Below are positions 47,463 through 59,283 of a DNA stretch of 64,000 bases, piece after piece (the stretch's first letter is position 1; each line of letters begins with the position of its first letter). Source of the stretch: Oculina patagonica (lineage: Eukaryota); NCBI RefSeq assembly GCF_052425735.1, contig NC_135758.1:39866001-39930000 (forward strand), written 5' to 3'. A program made the position numbers and the translations under genes. The notes beneath the pieces are model-generated. The model was given only the letters and a program-made list of their open reading frames with translations. It was not told the origin of the DNA and made no database searches.

Positions 47463-50400
47463 ATGGTGAACCTTGGAGATATCTTCCCCGACTTCACTGT
47501 CGACACAAGTCAAGGAAAAATTCATTTCCACGAGTTTATAAATGACTCGTAAGTATAAATTATAACGGGACTTCCACGTGCGTGCAGAATTTTTGTACAA
47601 ACATGTACACTGATTTGCGCAATCTAACTGCACGCTCCGGGAAATGCTCCGATATTTAGCTCATAGAAAGCTTTTTCTTAAAAAGACATTATATAAGCTT
47701 TATAGTTTTAGAACACAATATGCATATATGAGCGTAATAAGCAAAATGACCTCGAGTCTTCGAATTCGCAGCTGGATTTTACACCTTTTGATCACATTTC
47801 TTATTACCCGATAAGCTTAAATAATTCAGATGAATATTTCTTTTGATACTTAAGCTTATAGCCCCATCGATGTACCCTAGAAAATATTTTTCAAGTTTGT
47901 CGACAGCCGTTTCATATTGTTAAAATAGTGCCATTTAAATTGCTTCTGATAAACATCTAACATTTCTGTCATGACAGTGCAATTTTAATTTTACGATCAC
48001 TGAGTCAGGCCAATATGGCTGGTTTGGCAATAATGGAGATTGCAAACCTGCAATTAACCACTTAAACGTACCGCGATAATGTTTTCTAATTCTGTAGGTA
48101 ATTAAGACGTGAGAAACTTGCAATAATTTGTACTGGTGTCACAATTTGAATCTTGTCACACCCATATTTTATTTGTCAACGCATGAGTGATCAGTTTAAC
48201 ATAATACACATTTATTTACAATCACCTCCCTATTTAAACATAATAGAGGCCTTCTAAGGGGGCTTCTGATGTCACTTTGTCACTCGTTTTTCAACCCACC
48301 TGTTGCCTATTTGGTGAGGGAAACATTGTCGCTGTCGCAAATAATTTTATACACCCATTCAGTGCTTGGGGGGCATGGGGGTTTGCGGTGTTGCGGTGTT
48401 GCTCATTTTTTTATGCGGTGTTGCGGTGAATAAAATTAAAACTTGTGGTGGTGCGGTGATCTCCAACCCCACGGTGTGCGATGTTTGTGTTTTTTAACTT
48501 ACGGTGCTCGGTGAAACGAAATGATTAGCGGTGTTACAGTTTCTTGTCTAACACTTGCAGAACTACATTTATCTCTGTTATCTTTATTAATCCGTCCTTA
48601 TATGTTAAATTTATAACAAAATACAGTCAAATATTGTCTATTTAATCTTTAACTCAATCCTAATACGTTTTTATTGATAAGTTACTTGATTTTGTTGCGA
48701 TGACGGTGTTTCATCAAATTTTCTTGCGGTGATGCGGTGTTTATGTATTATTAATTTTTTTGCAGTGTTGCGGTGTTCTGGGTCCCCCCATGCCCCCCTC
48801 AGTGCTAGTTTCTGTCGGCTGTCGGTACTCTGGAACTAGATTGTCGCTACATTTTTAGTTATTCTGAAGCAATGTTGCCTGTCGCCAAAACCCCTTGGAA
48901 GGCCTCATAATATGGGCAGTTGACTTGTTCTGAAATCGGACCAAAAGTCACATAAACTCTTCCTCTGTAATATGCATATGGACATCTCCATAAAACGGAC
49001 ACTCTTTCCCGTCCCTTTGGTGTCCGCATTTTAGAGGTTTTATCTATCTATTTGTTTGTTTATTTTTTAATAGATCTGCTTATCATCCATTATCTGGTTA
49101 TTTATCTATTGATAACAACCCTTAAACTAAGGTAATTTTTTCCCAGTGGCCATTTGGCCACAGACTGCTCAAGTTCAGTCACCAGTGAAAAATTCTAGTC
49201 ACTTTATTAAGCTCATGCTTTCAATCCTTCTTCTCAATTTTAGACTTCGGTTCCAATTAAGTCGCCATGGCAACTAAAATGGTATTAACTTGGAGGGTTG
49301 GATAACCAAAATTACAGACTGTATTAAAATGCTAATAACTGGTAAACTTATCTATTCTCTAGCTGGGCCATACTTTTCTCACACCCGGCTGACTACACAC
49401 CAGTGTGTACCACTGAGTTGGGGCGTGCAGCTAAATTGGTTCCAGAGTTTACAAAACGAGGAGTGAAACTTATTGCCTTATCATGCAACGGCGTGGAGTC
49501 TCACAAAGGGTGGATCACAGATATTAAGGATTACAGCAAGTTAGACGAATTCCCTTACCCAATCATTGCTGATGAAGGGCGGGATCTGGCTGTCAAACTT
49601 GGAATGATTGATCCTGATGAGAGGGATGCCCAAGGCCTGCCATTGACTGCTCGTGCTGTGAGTTTTTCCTAATAAATAAATTATTAATAACATGTAGCTT
49701 AAAGATTTCTTGGTAATTATGTGGAAGAGCAGCTTATCATTAAAAACTGGTCTTGACTATGTTTATTTTTGGTTTATTATAAAATACTAATATACCGTAG
49801 TTATTCGGTTATAAGGCGCACTTGGTTGTAAGAGGCATCCCAAACTTGGCAACTTTGTTATGCTAAGTTTCCAACCTGAAAATTCTCCAAAACCACTCAG
49901 TTATAAGACGCACCATGAGTTGGTGAGTTGAAAAGATGCGGTGATCAATTAAAGGTCAGTTCTTCTTACAGAATTGGAATGTCTGAATGTTGTTCATACT
50001 CCTTGGTACATTCTTTGAGTTAAAAGGTAAGTTCCAGTAAACTGGAGGTCATAAGATTTTGTTGGGCCAAAATACTCGGCTATAAGACGCACCCCAATTT
50101 TGGCCTAAACTTCCCACAGAAAAACAGATTTTTCTCGAAAAAACCGAGCGCCTTATAACCGAATAACTATGGTAATTTAAAAAATTATTTTCAGTGTAGA
50201 ATTTTTTTGAATTACATCAGAAAAGTTAACTTAGTAACTTAAAATCTTTTGCTTTGTTAATTTTTCAGTTCTTTTTCAAACCTAGGTGTTCATCATTGGA
50301 CCAGACAAGAAGCTTAAGTTGTCTATCCTGTACCCAGCCACCACTGGACGTAATTTTGAGTGAGTTTCAATTTTTTTTTAATAATTGACTTATGTCCATG

Positions 50401-51768
50401 TTCAGGGTGTTCATTAGGCATCGGAGATCGGAGAATTCTCCCGCTACTACGTAGAATTCTCCGGCAAAATTTCAAAGGCCTGTACCTATTTTTTATTAAG
50501 ATTGTGCCTTTAGAAATCATTCTCCGGTTAAATAACACTATTTCCTGCTATTATAATTCTTAATGAAAACCCTGATGTTGATCAAAATAAAATTTGCAGA
50601 CTAGTGTTAAATGCAAGTTTTTTTTACCATAACTTACTAAGAAAAAATGTTAGTAAAAAACAATACTTTTGATAATTATCAATTATTTTTGTTTTATTTT
50701 AGTGAAATTTTGCGTGTGGTAGACTCCTTGCAGTTGACTGCCACAAAGAAAGTTGCTACTCCTGCAGATTGGCAAGTAAGTTTGAAGGGCAGTAGCCTGC
50801 TAAGGGGTATAAAATGGTCCTCGAAATACATATGAGTCTCGGCAAAATATAGTAATGCTTGGTGTGATCCTGGAATCTCGAGCTCTCAAAAAGAAAAGCT
50901 GGCCTCCGAATCTCGCATTTTGGAATTTAAGTTCAGTTTTAGAATCTCGCAAGCCAAGCGAAAGTTTAATCTAAATGAACTGTCATAAAACAAAAAAAAG
51001 GCAAATTAAACAATGAAAAATCATGATTAACTCATGCTCAACATCGCAATCACTACTGTGAAGCATGTAGGCTTGGATATTAATAATGCTCGTCTTGCAT
51101 TCAGATTTTTGGATTGTGGCAAATTGGGCTTGGATTTGAAAACAATGCTGAAGTCTTGTTCTCAGATTTTTAAACAAGGGTCTCTGTGAGTCTCAAATTT
51201 TACTTAATTCTATACCCCTCTACTAACGTGCTCTCTGTATGGAGAACTGATGACTAAGCCCCTATCGGCGTTTTGGTTTCTTGTACTACCGTAGGTGACT
51301 TAGGAGCCCTTCTAAGCTATGGAATTTTATAAAATATGACTTCTCATTAGATATATAAACTAAGTTGTAGTAGGCGTATGTACTCATTGCAGACCTATGT
51401 ATTGATTCTTGGCATAAAATAGAACAGTGGTTCCATTTTGAATTCATAGTCTTGTTCATACAAAAATAGAAGCAATACTTTAGGTGAAAGGTCAACATTG
51501 AGTTTAGCCTGCGTGGCCGGCGTTTGAAGTGGAGGGAGAAGGGAAGTTCGAGCACGAACAGAATATTTTGGTGTCCTTTCGAACCAGTTTGCTAACCCTT
51601 TGTGAAGTGACATGTGTGATTTTGATATTTTCCTAGGCTGGTCAACCCTGTATGGTTCTTCCCACAGTCAAACCAGAAGAACTCGATGAACTGTTTCCAA
51701 AGGGTGTCACGGTCAAAGATATGCCCTCAGGCAAAGGGTACATGCGTTTCACTCCTCAGCCAAAGTGA
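47463..51768 (+). CDS. PRDX6: 1-Cys peroxiredoxin 6, 5 exons, ~219 aa
   Basis: Exons 47463-47548, 49363-49657, 50286-50359, 50703-50775, 51637-51768 (660 nt). [56 protein letters not shown]. Confidence 0.96.
48246..48906. mobile_element. GAGGCC-terminus MITE (6-bp TSD ATAATA) with a nested GGGGGGCATGGGGG MITE at ~48367-48798 (7-8-bp TSD [T]CAGTGCT)
   Basis: GAGGCCTTCTAAGGGG...CCCCTTGGAAGGCCTC with TGTCGC repeats. The inner element has GCGGTG repeats. Confidence 0.85.
49795..50172. mobile_element. Tc1/pogo MITE, TA TSD, in PRDX6 intron 2
   Basis: CCGTAGTTATTCGGTTATAAGGCGC...GCGCCTTATAACCGAATAACTATGG. Confidence 0.85.
50403..50574. mobile_element. CAGGG-terminus MITE, 5-bp TSD
   Basis: CAGGGTGTTCATTA...TAATGAAAACCCTG; ATGTT on both flanks. 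Confidence 0.8.
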
Positions 51769-52137
51769 TTGACAAGAAGATGGCGTGACATTAGCACAGA
51801 ACAAGAGAATGGCGTGACATTAGCACAGGACATGTTTCACCTTCAATCTTTAGTGTTAGACAATAACCCGCAGTAGGACTATTTAAAGCAATATTTTATT
51901 GTGTTGTTGCTGTCTAGCACAAATGTATGCTAGGAGAAAATGCTACACATGCATAAAAAAGTGGTAGATAGAAATTTTTCTGTGAATTAGCACCGTGTGA
52001 TACAACAGTCGAAGCTGAATAAATCATTTTTCACACAATACCTGTCCACTTGTTATTTTTTAGATAGCCTCTCAGGATTTGACACTCACCAAATCAAAAT
52101 CACTCAAATTTGGTCAGGGAAAAAAACACATAAGCTA

Positions 52138-52410
52138 CAGTTAAAATCCCACGTATAAGAACATGGATTTTTTTAACAGGTTCTATATTTTCATTTAAAT
52201 ATATTATAAATATCACAAGTATTTAAATATAATCGGATGATTATCTTAATTCAGCTGTTCCTACCTACACACTTTTACAGGAACTCCACTGATAAGAACC
52301 TAAGTTGCAATTTTAGCCTTAATAGGTTCTTATGTGGAGGGGGCTTAAAATGAAAATTTTATCCTATCAGGTTCTTAAAACCCAGGTTCTTATACGGCGG
52401 ATTTTACCGG
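52138..52410. mobile_element. Degenerate Tc1/pogo MITE
   Basis: CAGTTAAAATCCCACGTATAAGAAC...GTTCTTATACGGCGGATTTTACCG. Confidence 0.65.
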
Positions 52411-53567
52411 GACAGACTGAATATTTAGGGATAAATATGACAGTTACAATGTGGTACTGAGTACAAATCTTGTGCCATGTTGGCTCCCATTCTAAAACGG
52501 CAAAAAATCCCACCATAGTGTTGAGTATCCTCACAGGCACACCGCCCCAGCCCCCCTCTCCCACCTCAATTAAATGCCGGTGTTTATCTCCGGTAATCGT
52601 ATGATGAACGTGAAGCGACCAGGCGAATTTCCACTTCCCCTTGGATCGAATATGCTAGTCCATCACAAGGTTTATTTTAAACCTCCCCCCCCCCTCCGCA
52701 AACCTAGCATTTTGTTTGAAGAACTAAGTTGGAAGAGAAGAATTGTGGGAGTAGACTGTTGGGTGAACATGGAGAGCTCGATCACGAACATTTTAAGGGC
52801 CCGCCCAAAATAAAGTCAAATACGAACATAAAAACTACTTGGGACTGTCTGAATCGTTTGGACTAAATCAAATCACGGCCGATTTTTTTTTTCAAACCTA
52901 AATTTGTTTACAATGATGAAAACGTAATCATCAAGTTAATATTTATTTTCTTGAATTGAAAATGCATGCAAAGAAAAACGGAGTGCTTCCTTTTCTTCGA
53001 GTATTTCTGAAGCGACGCTGATTAATTTCCAAAAGTATTCTCTAACGCTGCCTAAACTGTCTATCGCCACAACAAAGGAAAAAAAAAATGCTTTTCCAAA
53101 ATGTATTTTTTCCAATTAATAGGCTCGACGTTTTTTTTTTACCAACCAAAGGAGGGTTCTTTTTTTCAATGCAACGCTTCATAATAATGGGCAGGAGTTT
53201 TAGCATACAGCTGAAACTACTGCATTTGGAGGATAAATGAATGGACGCAAAATTAAATTAAATTGGTTTTGCGTTAGCTGTGCATTTTCCAGCCATTGAA
53301 TGGTCTTAATAAAGAGCTTACTCATTAGTATTCGGCTCGCGTTTCGCCAGGTGGGTAGAGGTTGGTTGGTTATGTTTTCCAAACATTAAATTGTTGTGAT
53401 GTCCATTTAGTAACGAAAAAAACCAACTTAAGAAAATGTTGTTTTTCCATTAACGACGTGATGGTAAGCTATTAATACATCAAACTACTGTCGATTTTTT
53501 TTGTTTTAGTTAGTTTTATTTTGTTTTGTAAATAGATCATGGTTTATGTTTTACTTGCCAGTTGCCA

Positions 53568-53715
53568 CAGTTGAATCCTGATGACTCGAACCTTCAAGGG
53601 AAACCGAAAAAGTTCGAGTTATCGAGGGAAAAAATTAGTAAGAAAATGACCTGGAGGAGGGGGATCGAAAAAAAGTTCCAGTTATGGGGAGGTTCGTGTT
53701 GTCGAGATTCAACTG
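53568..53715. mobile_element. Tc1/pogo (Tigger-like) MITE
   Basis: CAGTTGAATC...GATTCAACTG with TTCGAGTTATCG units. Relatives at ~5961-6143 and 60496-60993. Confidence 0.7.
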
Positions 53716-54066
53716 TATTAATAATTTGTTTCTTCAAACAGTCCTTTACGTCTTATCTATCTCACATACAAAGCATATGTGTAAGACTTTTCCTCTTTTT
53801 AACTGAACACTAATTGCAATCGGTGAAAAATTCAATATTCAGCTGCTACTGTATTGTCTCATGGTCTTCCTTTCAGAACATTTTTTTGTCTAAATCGAGA
53901 GCCTTTTGCACAAAAAGCGGAAGAGGATTTTCCCGCAATTATGTCCATGTATATTTTACCTTGAAAACTACGAACTGAACATTTCACAGCGGCGTACTGA
54001 AGTAGCTAAGACTGACAGCTTGCTCATGTTGGCTTCAAACGTTTTTGCCAGTGATGCCATATCAAC

Positions 54067-55317
54067 ATGGACCTGAACGATACGACAAAGACAACAGGCA
54101 ACTCGTCCGCCAAGGACAGGTCAGTTTTTTATTGTCCAAAACAACCAGACTTAACCTGGGACTTAGATGAAACTACTTTTCCTTGGGTTTTAGTCGGCAT
54201 CAAATCCTTCGCATCTCTCGTTACCATTTTCTTAAACGCGCTAGTGATCTTGATTGTGAAGCAAAAGAGAGAATTCCAGAAAAACTCGTACATTCTGTTG
54301 TCTAGCTTGGCCGTTGCGGACCTCATAGTGGGAGCTGTAACTTTACCGTTTTCAGCCAGTATTGATTTATTACTTGGCCTTCGTGTTTCGTTAGAGTATG
54401 TCTGTACTTTAGACATAGTCAATGTGTACTCCATGTACTGTGTTTCCTGGTGTGCCCTGTACCATTTGACTGCAGTCGCTTGGGAGAGGTACGTGGCGAT
54501 AGGAAAGTCCATCGAGTACTTGAGCATTGTGACAAGAAGCCGCATCACAAAGCTCGCGATCACCGTTTGGCTGTCGGCGATCTTCACAACGATTCCACCT
54601 CTCATAATGGAAGTCGTTGGTGTCGACATGAGCTTCGTACAAATGTGGATCACGGGTGGGAGCATCTGTGGAGCGCTTTCCTTAATGGCGATGGTTTACT
54701 TCTACGTCAAAGTCTACCTTGGAGTGCGCAAACGCAAGCTCGACCAAATCAGCCAAGTGACGGTTCTGATTCAAGCGAAACAAGAAGTGAAAGTGGCCAA
54801 GACGACTGGCTTGCTAGCCGTTGCCCTGATGATCTCGTTCTTTCCAGGGATAGTCGTGAGTAGTTCCGCATCCCTTCGTACAAGTACCGGTATCCGTGTG
54901 TCCGAGTTACTGATGCAGCTGAGCTCTCTTGTCAACCCCCTGCTGTACTGCTACAGAAATCGCCGATTTACGAACGCCGCGCTGGAGCTGTTAAGAATGA
55001 AGAAGGCTCAAGAAGTCCAGCCAGCCCCTGGTGCCATGCGATCTGCGAGACGAAAGGATCAGGCGGTGGGGTCACTGCAAAATGCCTTAGACCGACAGCA
55101 AAACCCGACAAAACCACCCCGCTTCATAAGGTCAGCATCCTGCGATCAGATCGACGTGGGCGTAGATTGTGGCCATCGAAGATTTGAAAGTCCGACAGCG
55201 CTTAGAAGATCCATGTCAGATCCATTGCTTGCCCAGTGCAGTAGCTCATCCGATGGCTCTCGTACTCAGCAACCCTGGCGCACTGATCGAGGCAACAAGT
55301 GCAACAATCCATGCTGA
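54067..55317 (+). CDS. Intronless class A (rhodopsin-family) orphan GPCR, 416 aa
   Basis: Seven hydrophobic segments with TM1 N (FLNALVI), TM2 LAVADL, TM3 WERY (DRY equivalent), TM4 W and TM7 NPLLY. N-terminal glycosylation sequons. Confidence 0.9.
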   Translation: MDLNDTTKTTGNSSAKDRSVFYCPKQPDLTWDLDETTFPWVLVGIKSFASLVTIFLNALVILIVKQKREFQKNSYILLSSLAVADLIVGAVTLPFSASIDLLLGLRVSLEYVCTLDIVNVYSMYCVSWCALYHLTAVAWERYVAIGKSIEYLSIVTRSRITKLAITVWLSAIFTTIPPLIMEVVGVDMSFVQMWITGGSICGALSLMAMVYFYVKVYLGVRKRKLDQISQVTVLIQAKQEVKVAKTTGLLAVALMISFFPGIVVSSSASLRTSTGIRVSELLMQLSSLVNPLLYCYRNRRFTNAALELLRMKKAQEVQPAPGAMRSARRKDQAVGSLQNALDRQQNPTKPPRFIRSASCDQIDVGVDCGHRRFESPTALRRSMSDPLLAQCSSSSDGSRTQQPWRTDRGNKCNNPC

Positions 55318-57757
55318 AAGAGGCGCGCTGAGACGTAAAGCGAGTGATGTCGAATTGCGGACAGACCACAATGTACAGAACAACCCATCCCGAACTCGTA
55401 CAATGATGCCAGTGCTTTCGTGAAAGATGAAAACGTAGAAAAGGGGTACGTTTGCAGACCTGAAACGGCGCCACGATTCTCGAAGGATGAAATCGTCCCA
55501 GATGAAGCATCGGCAAGTTCTGGATTTGACACGAAGTTGTGAAGACCGAATAGCAGGTGATTTACTGTTCTTTAGTTTGATGGCAGAATCACAGAACGTC
55601 GATAAGCTCTGTCTTAAGCAAGCCAAGTAGTTTATGATCCTTTTCGTTTTGAGTCGTTATTGGAGTTCAGTACCTATGATTGTTATCAATTTATTGGCTA
55701 TTATGTTATTTTAACTGAGCTATTTGGTTTTTTGTGCTTAAAATTCAGGCTCCAGTACTTTATAATTTGAGTATATTTCATCAATTTTCATTTCGGTTTG
55801 TGAGATTTTCTTAAAAATGTCATTATTTTGTGGACTCGACAGATACCTCTGATTTACCAAACGAACCTCTAAATGTTGCCCTCAATGTGTGAAAAACATT
55901 GATTTGAATCGAATAATGATTTCTGTCTGCCAGTTATTCTAAAGTCAGTTTGTTCAAATAGAAAAAAAAAGCACTTTTGCAATCACAACTCGATCGGGCC
56001 GGTGGAAAGAGAGCCTGAACTTTACCAGAAGAATAAGTACTACACCCAATCAAAAAAGCAGTTCAAAAATACTGGATTCATCTTAATCTCTCGATATTTT
56101 AGTTGCAGTTTCTTATCACGCATTCGAAAATTTAGGACACTCTAAATGAACAGTTTGCTGTTAAAATTACGTTAGGTCGCGACGGTGTCGGGAACAAATG
56201 TGTAACAACAGAGCTACGTATTCATACTATGTTATAAAGAAGAACCAAAGCTATTCGTAGCCCTTCGTTATTTGTTTTAAAGGCAAAAAGAAAAAAGTTT
56301 TTCGTTTCGTGAAATTAACAGGTAGACCTTCGTGTAGACTTTGAGAAAGTCTAACCTTTGTGTCGAATTAGCAAGTGTATTGTTAAAAATAATGCGCCAA
56401 GAAATGAAAAATATATCTTCGGCTTTCTATATCTTAAGTGACTGTAAGAAATTTCGTTGCGACGATATGGAGCTAAAGAAGCGAGACGAACAGGTGTATT
56501 TTTATCCATATTACTGCGCGCAGGTGTGTTGTAAATATATATGTGAATGTGAACCAATTTTTTCCTCTTTCCGAGGTTCGAAAAAGTAAGAAATTATAAC
56601 GTTTACTTTCGCATCCTCGATCGTCAGGTTATATACTGAAAACTTGTATTTTTATAATGATTTTTAGAAAACACGAGTAAGCTATAGAAATGAAGCAAAA
56701 AGGCTTGTCCAGAGGCCGTAACCAAGACGCAACATATAAAGTTCAGTTGTAATGCATGAAATTCTGTGTTTGGTTTTGTTGTCTTGGATTCGACGAATTG
56801 CTAACTTGAATAACTCCAGGAATTTGTACCACGAAACGGAATTCGTCGCTTTTTTCCCTTCTATCTGGCAAAGTGACAAGGAGACCTTTGAGTGTTTTCG
56901 ACGATGCCCGGGCGACAATGTCGAAATAAAAGCTGAAATACAAGGCAAAATTATTTGCAAAAGAGAGAGCAATTGCTTTTGAGGCTTTCATGCTGTCTAT
57001 TCTTAATCTTTTAGCAAATGTATAAGAAAATAAGTTTTTGTACCTTCAGAAAGGTAGGATGCTAAACAGACTTTAAGCGTACAAGTTTCACGAATTTATT
57101 ATTTTAAAAATCTATATTTCTGTTAGTGACAGCTGTTTTGTAAACTGCAAGCAGGAATGAAAAGTGCTAAAATCATTTTGTTTTTCGACAAGTGGGTAGT
57201 TGAAACGAAGCCGCTGTTACAATAAAAATACTTATTCGGTCTTGCGAGCGTTCCCACGAATTGTCATATTTGTTGCACAAAATGCGCAAAAAAGAAAAAG
57301 TTCTTTCGTGAGTATTCTTTCTGCTTTCACGTGTGAAAGGAGCTACGTCACGGGGATTTCGGAGATTTTTTCGTCTAAACTGTCCTGAAATTAGTGGTAG
57401 GCAACTTAACCCGTGAAAAACACTATCTTTGAACATCTAAAGGAAAGTATAACCTTAAATTGTGGATAGAAATCAAACTTCGGCTATAAATATCGATTTT
57501 TTGAAGACGCGCGGAAACAACTTGAAAAGTTTAGCCTCAATTCTTCAAGTTGCAATCCATTTCCTCCTAACCATCCGCAACCAAAGACGCTTGTTGACAG
57601 TTTCAATGCTCTAATATAGCAGATGTTGATAAAAATAGACCATTGTTTTTAGGTTTTTTACGACACAAATACAAATTTTGGCTGTTTAAAATCCGTGACA
57701 AAGCCCATTTAAGTTGCTACGATGTCGAAGCACAGGTTGGAATGAGCTTTATTGTTA

Positions 57758-57983
57758 GGGACGGACCATTATTTTCTTGGGTGGGGGGGGGGGGGGGGTA
57801 TGAAAAAAATTCCTCTGTAAACTTTGTTTAGATATGCACCTCTGCAAACATTTTTTTTCCAAATACGAACTAGGTTTTGTTATACATATCGTGTTTGCAA
57901 ACAATTTATTTTGTCTTTCTAAGCCCTGCGAACCATTTTTTTCAATATTTTCCATACCCCCTCAAAAAATAAAGGTCCGTCCC
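57758..57983. mobile_element. MITE with GGGACGGACC TIR, TTA TSD (Harbinger-like)
   Basis: TTA|GGGACGGACC...GGTCCGTCCC|TTA. Confidence 0.75.
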
Positions 57984-59218
57984 TTATGAATTTTGAAGTG
58001 CACACCGCTATATTGTGTATATAATATGCGCAAAGAAATAAGACATCATCCCTTTCATAATAAATTTATGAGAGAATAAAGTTTAGTTTAAGGGCAATGA
58101 TGTCAACCTATGGAAAGTATCGGACACGACCAGCCAGGCAAAACGAATTTCAATGTATGTTGTAAATAAATTTGATGAGTAATAAAATACAACTTTTATG
58201 CGTTGCAAAGAAAAAAATAAAAAATAAAAAAGAGAATAGAATAAAACTAAAAAGAAGAAATCCGTACCGGTTATCGATAAGCAGCAAAATTTGTAAAAAT
58301 AAAATTTCTCATTCGGTTTTATTGACGTTCTAGTTAACGTTGCAAAATTATGCGTAAGGAAGACATAAAATCGTCGCGTTTGTGTTTTTCTGTGTCAGTA
58401 CAAAGACGTTTTCTACGTTTTGACGGTGTCCTCGCGTTTCCTCTTGCGAAGTCTGGAGGTTATTCCCTATAATAGTGGACTATACGGGGAGGCTCCGCCC
58501 GAAAAGGGAGGGGGGAGGGGGGGCTTTGGCAGGCTGTAGGTATTTAAAAAGGTAAAAATTTCACGATTTGGTGTATAAAAAGGGTAGGGAACACTGTTAT
58601 TTAGGTATTTCAAAAGGCAAAATATCTCGAACAGACCCGCCGAATGGTCGATTCATTTGATGCAAAATCAAGCCAGAATGCTTATGGAATGTAAAAATAT
58701 ACGTTCTTATACTTCTGTTTTAAAAAAACTGGAAAAAATAAAGAAAAATGTTAAAAATTACGTTTGTTGGCAAGATCTACTTGCATTTATGACGTTACCA
58801 TGGCAACGTCAAATATCATGGACACATGGTTGACATATCAACATTTCCGCAAAGGATGAATGAACAGCTACTGAAAGTTTCAGCATTGTAGAGTAAATAT
58901 TCTCTTCAAAATTCGGAACCTTATGGGGGGTGGCATCCACCCCCCCCCCCACGGTACGTCCCAGGGTTTAGGGTTCAACAAGTGAAACAATTAAAGTATT
59001 CCTTCTGTAGGTATTTGAAAAGGGTATCATTTTTCTACCAAAGCTATACGAAAGGATTACCTTTTCTGTCGGAAATGTTATATGTAATTGTAAGGGTTTG
59101 GACCTCGGGGCAGAGCCTTCCCGTATTAAATTTTTTACTAAAAATATGCACCTCCCCCCGGTACGAAGTAATTCAGTTTACGCATTCACATGCTCGTCCA
59201 CTCGACTTACCCAGAAAA

Positions 59219-59283
59219 GTCAGTCAGCCAGTCAGTCAGTCAGTCAGTCAGTCAGTCAGTCAGTCAGTCAGTCAGTCAGTCAG
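59219..59283. repeat. (CAGT)n microsatellite
   Basis: Direct reading of the sequence. Confidence 0.95.

Noticed and set aside
51779-51832. Duplicated ATGGCGTGACATTAGCACAG in the PRDX6 3' UTR as a SECIS or regulatory hairpin
   Set aside because: Simple 29-bp direct tandem duplication, and the CDS has no in-frame TGA.
54129-54863. ORFs overlapping the GPCR
   Set aside because: Antisense or alternate-frame shadows of the GPCR coding sequence.
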